Shown here: positions 60,487-64,000 of the stretch, one piece after another
Layout: every line of letters starts with the position of its first letter
Numbering within the stretch: the first letter of the stretch is position 1
From: Zygnema circumcarinatum SAG 698-1b
Taxonomy: Eukaryota; Plantae; Zygnematophyceae
Reading direction: 5' to 3'
DNA length: 64,000 nucleotides
Assembly: GCA_037447605.1 (NCBI GenBank)
Contig: CM074806.1
Span: forward strand, 3,472,001-3,536,000
Program-made: the position numbers and the translations under genes
The notes under the pieces: generated by a model
Databases searched by the model: none
What the model was told of the DNA's origin: nothing
The model's input: only the letters and a program-made list of their open reading frames with translations

Positions 60487-62062
60487 CTGCTCCTTGAGAA
60501 GTGAGAAGCGCTTGGTGTCTTGATCTCAACTGTGTATGGCTCTTGTTCTTGTTGCTGGTGCTCGTCTTCTTCATTCCGGTAAAATAAACTCAGAGCGCGT
60601 TGAACGGTAACGCCTTCCGGGTTTCGAAATGAGCTTGCAAAATATTGGCAAAAAGCACCTAGATATTCTTGAAAGGCAAGTTTCGTTCTAATAATAATAT
60701 GGCGACTAAATCTAGTTATATTTAGTCCATTTCAAGGGATGCTGTCCATTAAACAGCACGGGCGGACGGGCGCGCCGTCCGTCAAATTGACTTGCACTTT
60801 TCGCACAGTTGAGGGGTGATAGGTTCGGCACAACCATCATCATCAGTCACCAGTCACTTTGCTTTTCGCAGTACTGATTGATCGCCCTCAATTCGTCCAC
60901 TTTTGTGAAGTCTGAGACCCCCTACTAGGACGTGTCAGACTCAACAAAATCTTACGAAAACCGCTACGAAAAAAAGGGTTTCGAAAGTACTCTGCCGCAG
61001 AAGGATCGCCATTTTACTGGAGCACTCGTTCTGGTTCAAACTTACGAACACGCATACTAACGTTTTTTAAGTCTGGCCCGCCCTATTGAAGGTGCGACTT
61101 CTGTTAAGGGGAAAAATCTGAGTTTTGCTCGAGGGATTTAAGGGAAATTTGCAAAAGCAAACCCTTAATTGACGATGCCTGGAGGGGCCTCTCTCTCGAA
61201 GAGCGTGGTCCGCATGTTCGTGTAGCGATAGCAATGTTAAGGGAGCAGCCCACTTTGCGAAAAATGATCAAAATAACGCTTCTACATTGAGTAAAGGCGT
61301 TGAAATTCCCGTCGGATTGGAACAAAAAGAGCAGATTGAAGTTTCTTCAGAGAGTAAAATTGCAGTGGAGGAGCACCTGCAGCCAGAAGAGGTGACCAAA
61401 CGCATTCAAGGATACGGAAACATGAGCCATCTTCCCCGAAAGATTGGACCGAAAAGTGCAGGAAAACCACTCGCGCCATCATTCACTTTGTGGGGTCCGA
61501 TTGCATGTACGACTTGCTTCACACATCACTTGGTGCTGCACATCACCTTTGTCCATGGCCACATTTGATGACACTTCCCTTTTCTTCTCGGCGCAGCTTT
61601 GCTGTGAGGGCAGCGGAGCACGGGATGCATCCAAGGTTGAGCAGACCGATTCATCGCTTTTTCAAAATCGTGAGCAGGGGACAAGTTGTTTCAAGCACAA
61701 TGAAAGCACGAGCACGTTTTATTCTGATGTTCGTAATAATTTGCCGGCTTCTAAAAACGGCATCGTGGATTTACTTGCTGAGCACACAGTGCACGACACC
61801 AGGACCAGCTGACGCACTGTCACAGCGCGACCTTATTTATTTTCCAAGGGGTGGACATCAAAGGATATCCCTGAAACCTAACCTAATAACCGATCGAGAG
61901 AAAGTAAAGCAAAGCTATGGGACCGTATCTGTCAGTGTTCATTTTTCAAAAGACGCGAGCCTTATCCACATACATCTTATCTTATCATGACCTCCCGCTT
62001 GACAGTAAGCAAGCTCCCCGGAGCAGGCAACATCAAATCAATGGCTAACCTAGTCAACCAAA

Positions 62063-63968
62063 TCAGGCATCATTACTCGACTCTTGAGGGGGCGAGGCCG
62101 GCTTGCTGGCTTTCGGTGCAAGGTTGAAATTGAACCATCTTTTCTTTTCAGATTTGTCGGTCCCCTCTGCTGCTGCTCCCTCTGCAGCTGGGGGGGGAGC
62201 AGGTCCGGGCACGCTTGCGGGAGGCGGGGCGCTTTCCTTCACTGGAGAGGATGATGGCCCAGCAGCGGGTTCTTTGCTCTCTGCTTCAGTTGGAGGTTGC
62301 GGAACAGGCAGTTTTGTCGCTTTGCCGCCACTTGAAAACTTTTCTTGCACCTTGTAACGCTGGGAGATGAGTTCCTCCAACTGAACACAAATTCACAAAC
62401 ATCATAAACATGAGAACAAGAGAACATGAGGAAAGTGACACAAAGCTTACAAGACAGACAAGTTACAGTAGTACAAGAATAATGGTGAAAGATATCCTGC
62501 GGTGATTTAGAGCATATTGCCCACTGCTAAGAAGAGCTGTTGAGAACAGCAGCATGCCGGAAGCTAAAACTGGCAAAGAGATGCATGCAAAGAAAGCATT
62601 GAGAACTGGCTCACCTTTGTCTTCTCTAGTTTTAATCTACCGTCAATTTCCAAATAACGCGCCATCACCTGCTCCATCCCCACATCCGCCCTTATATTCA
62701 GCTGATTTTTTGACGACATAAAGAAAAATTGCGCATTTTGCCACTTCAAGGGAACAAAGATTATGAGAAAGGAGAAAGAGAAGTGCCAACCTCTCTATAC
62801 TCTGACTCAAACTGCTTTAACTCTTGCTTTTTAGCAACGATCTCGGACTCCACTTCACGCAGTGCGGCTTTGGCCTCAAAATCTGTTTCCACCGCCATCA
62901 CTTCAATGGTGTATGCCGCACTCTTGAAGAAGTTATCGCCTGCAAGGAGAGGAGAACAGAACTTCGACATCTCAGCTCAAGGCAAACCACTCATTGCATT
63001 GCGGTGAATGCGATATGAGGACGAAAGGCGCAGCCGGTAATGACTCCTCACCATACACAGCAAAGATATGCGTCCCGGGCCGAAGCTCCTGCACTTCGCA
63101 GGCTTGCAAGGTGTCGAGTTTCCTGAACAGACTCGCCTCGGAATCCTTTGCAAGCTCCATCTGCATTTGTCACCCGCGATCGAGCTTCAGCAAACGCCAC
63201 GTGTACGTGTGGGGGAAAGCATCCGAATTCAAGTGCATCCAGTCCTTCATGTTAACCACCGGAGTGACTGACTGAACCAGTAAGACGGAGGCCGAGAATC
63301 AGCTTCAACATCATTTGGAAGTGGAGAGATGACTCGCGAGAAGTGGTGCATTACCGGGCTGACTGTGGGGTCCAAGCGATACACTTGATATCCGAAAAAA
63401 TAGAAGCCAGCTGATGTGCCCTTCCCTGACTTTACGGAGTTTTCCTGTAGATGCAGCATGTCCGCCACTTATCACTCAGCATCAACCATGAAGAAGCAGT
63501 CGATGTGATTGGAGGTGTGAATGATATGAGGGGATTACTTAGAACTGTATGCAAGGTTGTTTGTCACTTAACAATTTAGATTTTTGTGAAGACGCTTAAT
63601 GAGTTCCACAGTTAGCAATCCCTCTCCTTATGCAAGTCAGCTGGACAGTACTACTTGCAAGCAGTATCAAGGAACAGGGTAATCTTCTCAGGTTGTGTGA
63701 AGAATTGGGCGCCGCCCGACCGGCTGGGAGGCCACTCGACGGCAACTAACGACTATGAATGTGGCATTCTTTGCTAAAGGGACTGACCTGGCATTTCAGC
63801 GTTCTTGTCAAACTGTGGGAAAAAAGGTTTTAAAAGTGTGCTTCTCCTAAGGAAACAGCAGCAGCAGAGTAACATGAACTTCTCAAAGCACATTTGTCGT
63901 AAACTCCTGTTTCTCACCTGCATCAGCAGGTTCAGACCCCCCGAAGACTCCTGCTCGAAGTAAAGCAG
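62063..63968 (-). CDS. ARG1-like DnaJ chaperone (ATJ15/16/39 family), C-terminal exons; 5' end outside window
   Basis: LLYFEQESSGGLNLLMQ/ENSVKSGKGTSAGFYF, LFRKLDTLQACEVQELRPGTHIFAVYG/DNFFKSAAYTIE, coiled coil KKQELKQFESEYRE, and C-terminal KKRWFNFNL. Confidence 0.9.
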
Positions 63969-64000
63969 CTGCATTCACAAAAACCAACAGTTAGGGAGCA

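Overview
Eukaryotic nuclear DNA with GT-AG introns, from a streptophyte plant or alga. A Zygnematophyceae-like alga is plausible from the gene content, but this is inference. Eight intron-containing genes can be assembled by hand: the 3' part of a type-B carboxylesterase (+), LSM6 (-), mitochondrial uL3/RPL3 (+), an LPR1/CotA-type multicopper oxidase (+), OTU2/YOD1 deubiquitinase (+), the TPLATE-complex subunit TASH3 (-), starch branching enzyme II (-), and the 3' part of an ARG1-like DnaJ protein (-). A ~19 kb nest of degenerate Ty3/gypsy LTR retrotransposons (3798-22796) separates the divergent LSM6 and RPL3 promoters. It is bracketed by two copies of one element in inverted orientation (TGTAGC...GCTACA, ~2.7 kb homology, no TSD). 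Other notable items: a long-arm foldback family, found both as a pure ~290 bp hairpin and wrapped around a hAT-like transposase fragment; dense (C)GTAC(G) clusters at promoters and in an oxidase intron; an (ATGTNN)21 repeat open in all six frames; and an apparent E->K change at the oxidase's predicted Fe-binding site. Assembly artefacts are likely: two N gaps, a 1274 bp near-identical duplication across a 10-N gap, and indel-rich sequence in the TE nest that looks like unpolished long reads. I found no clearly novel multi-gene system, so the candidates below are hypotheses.
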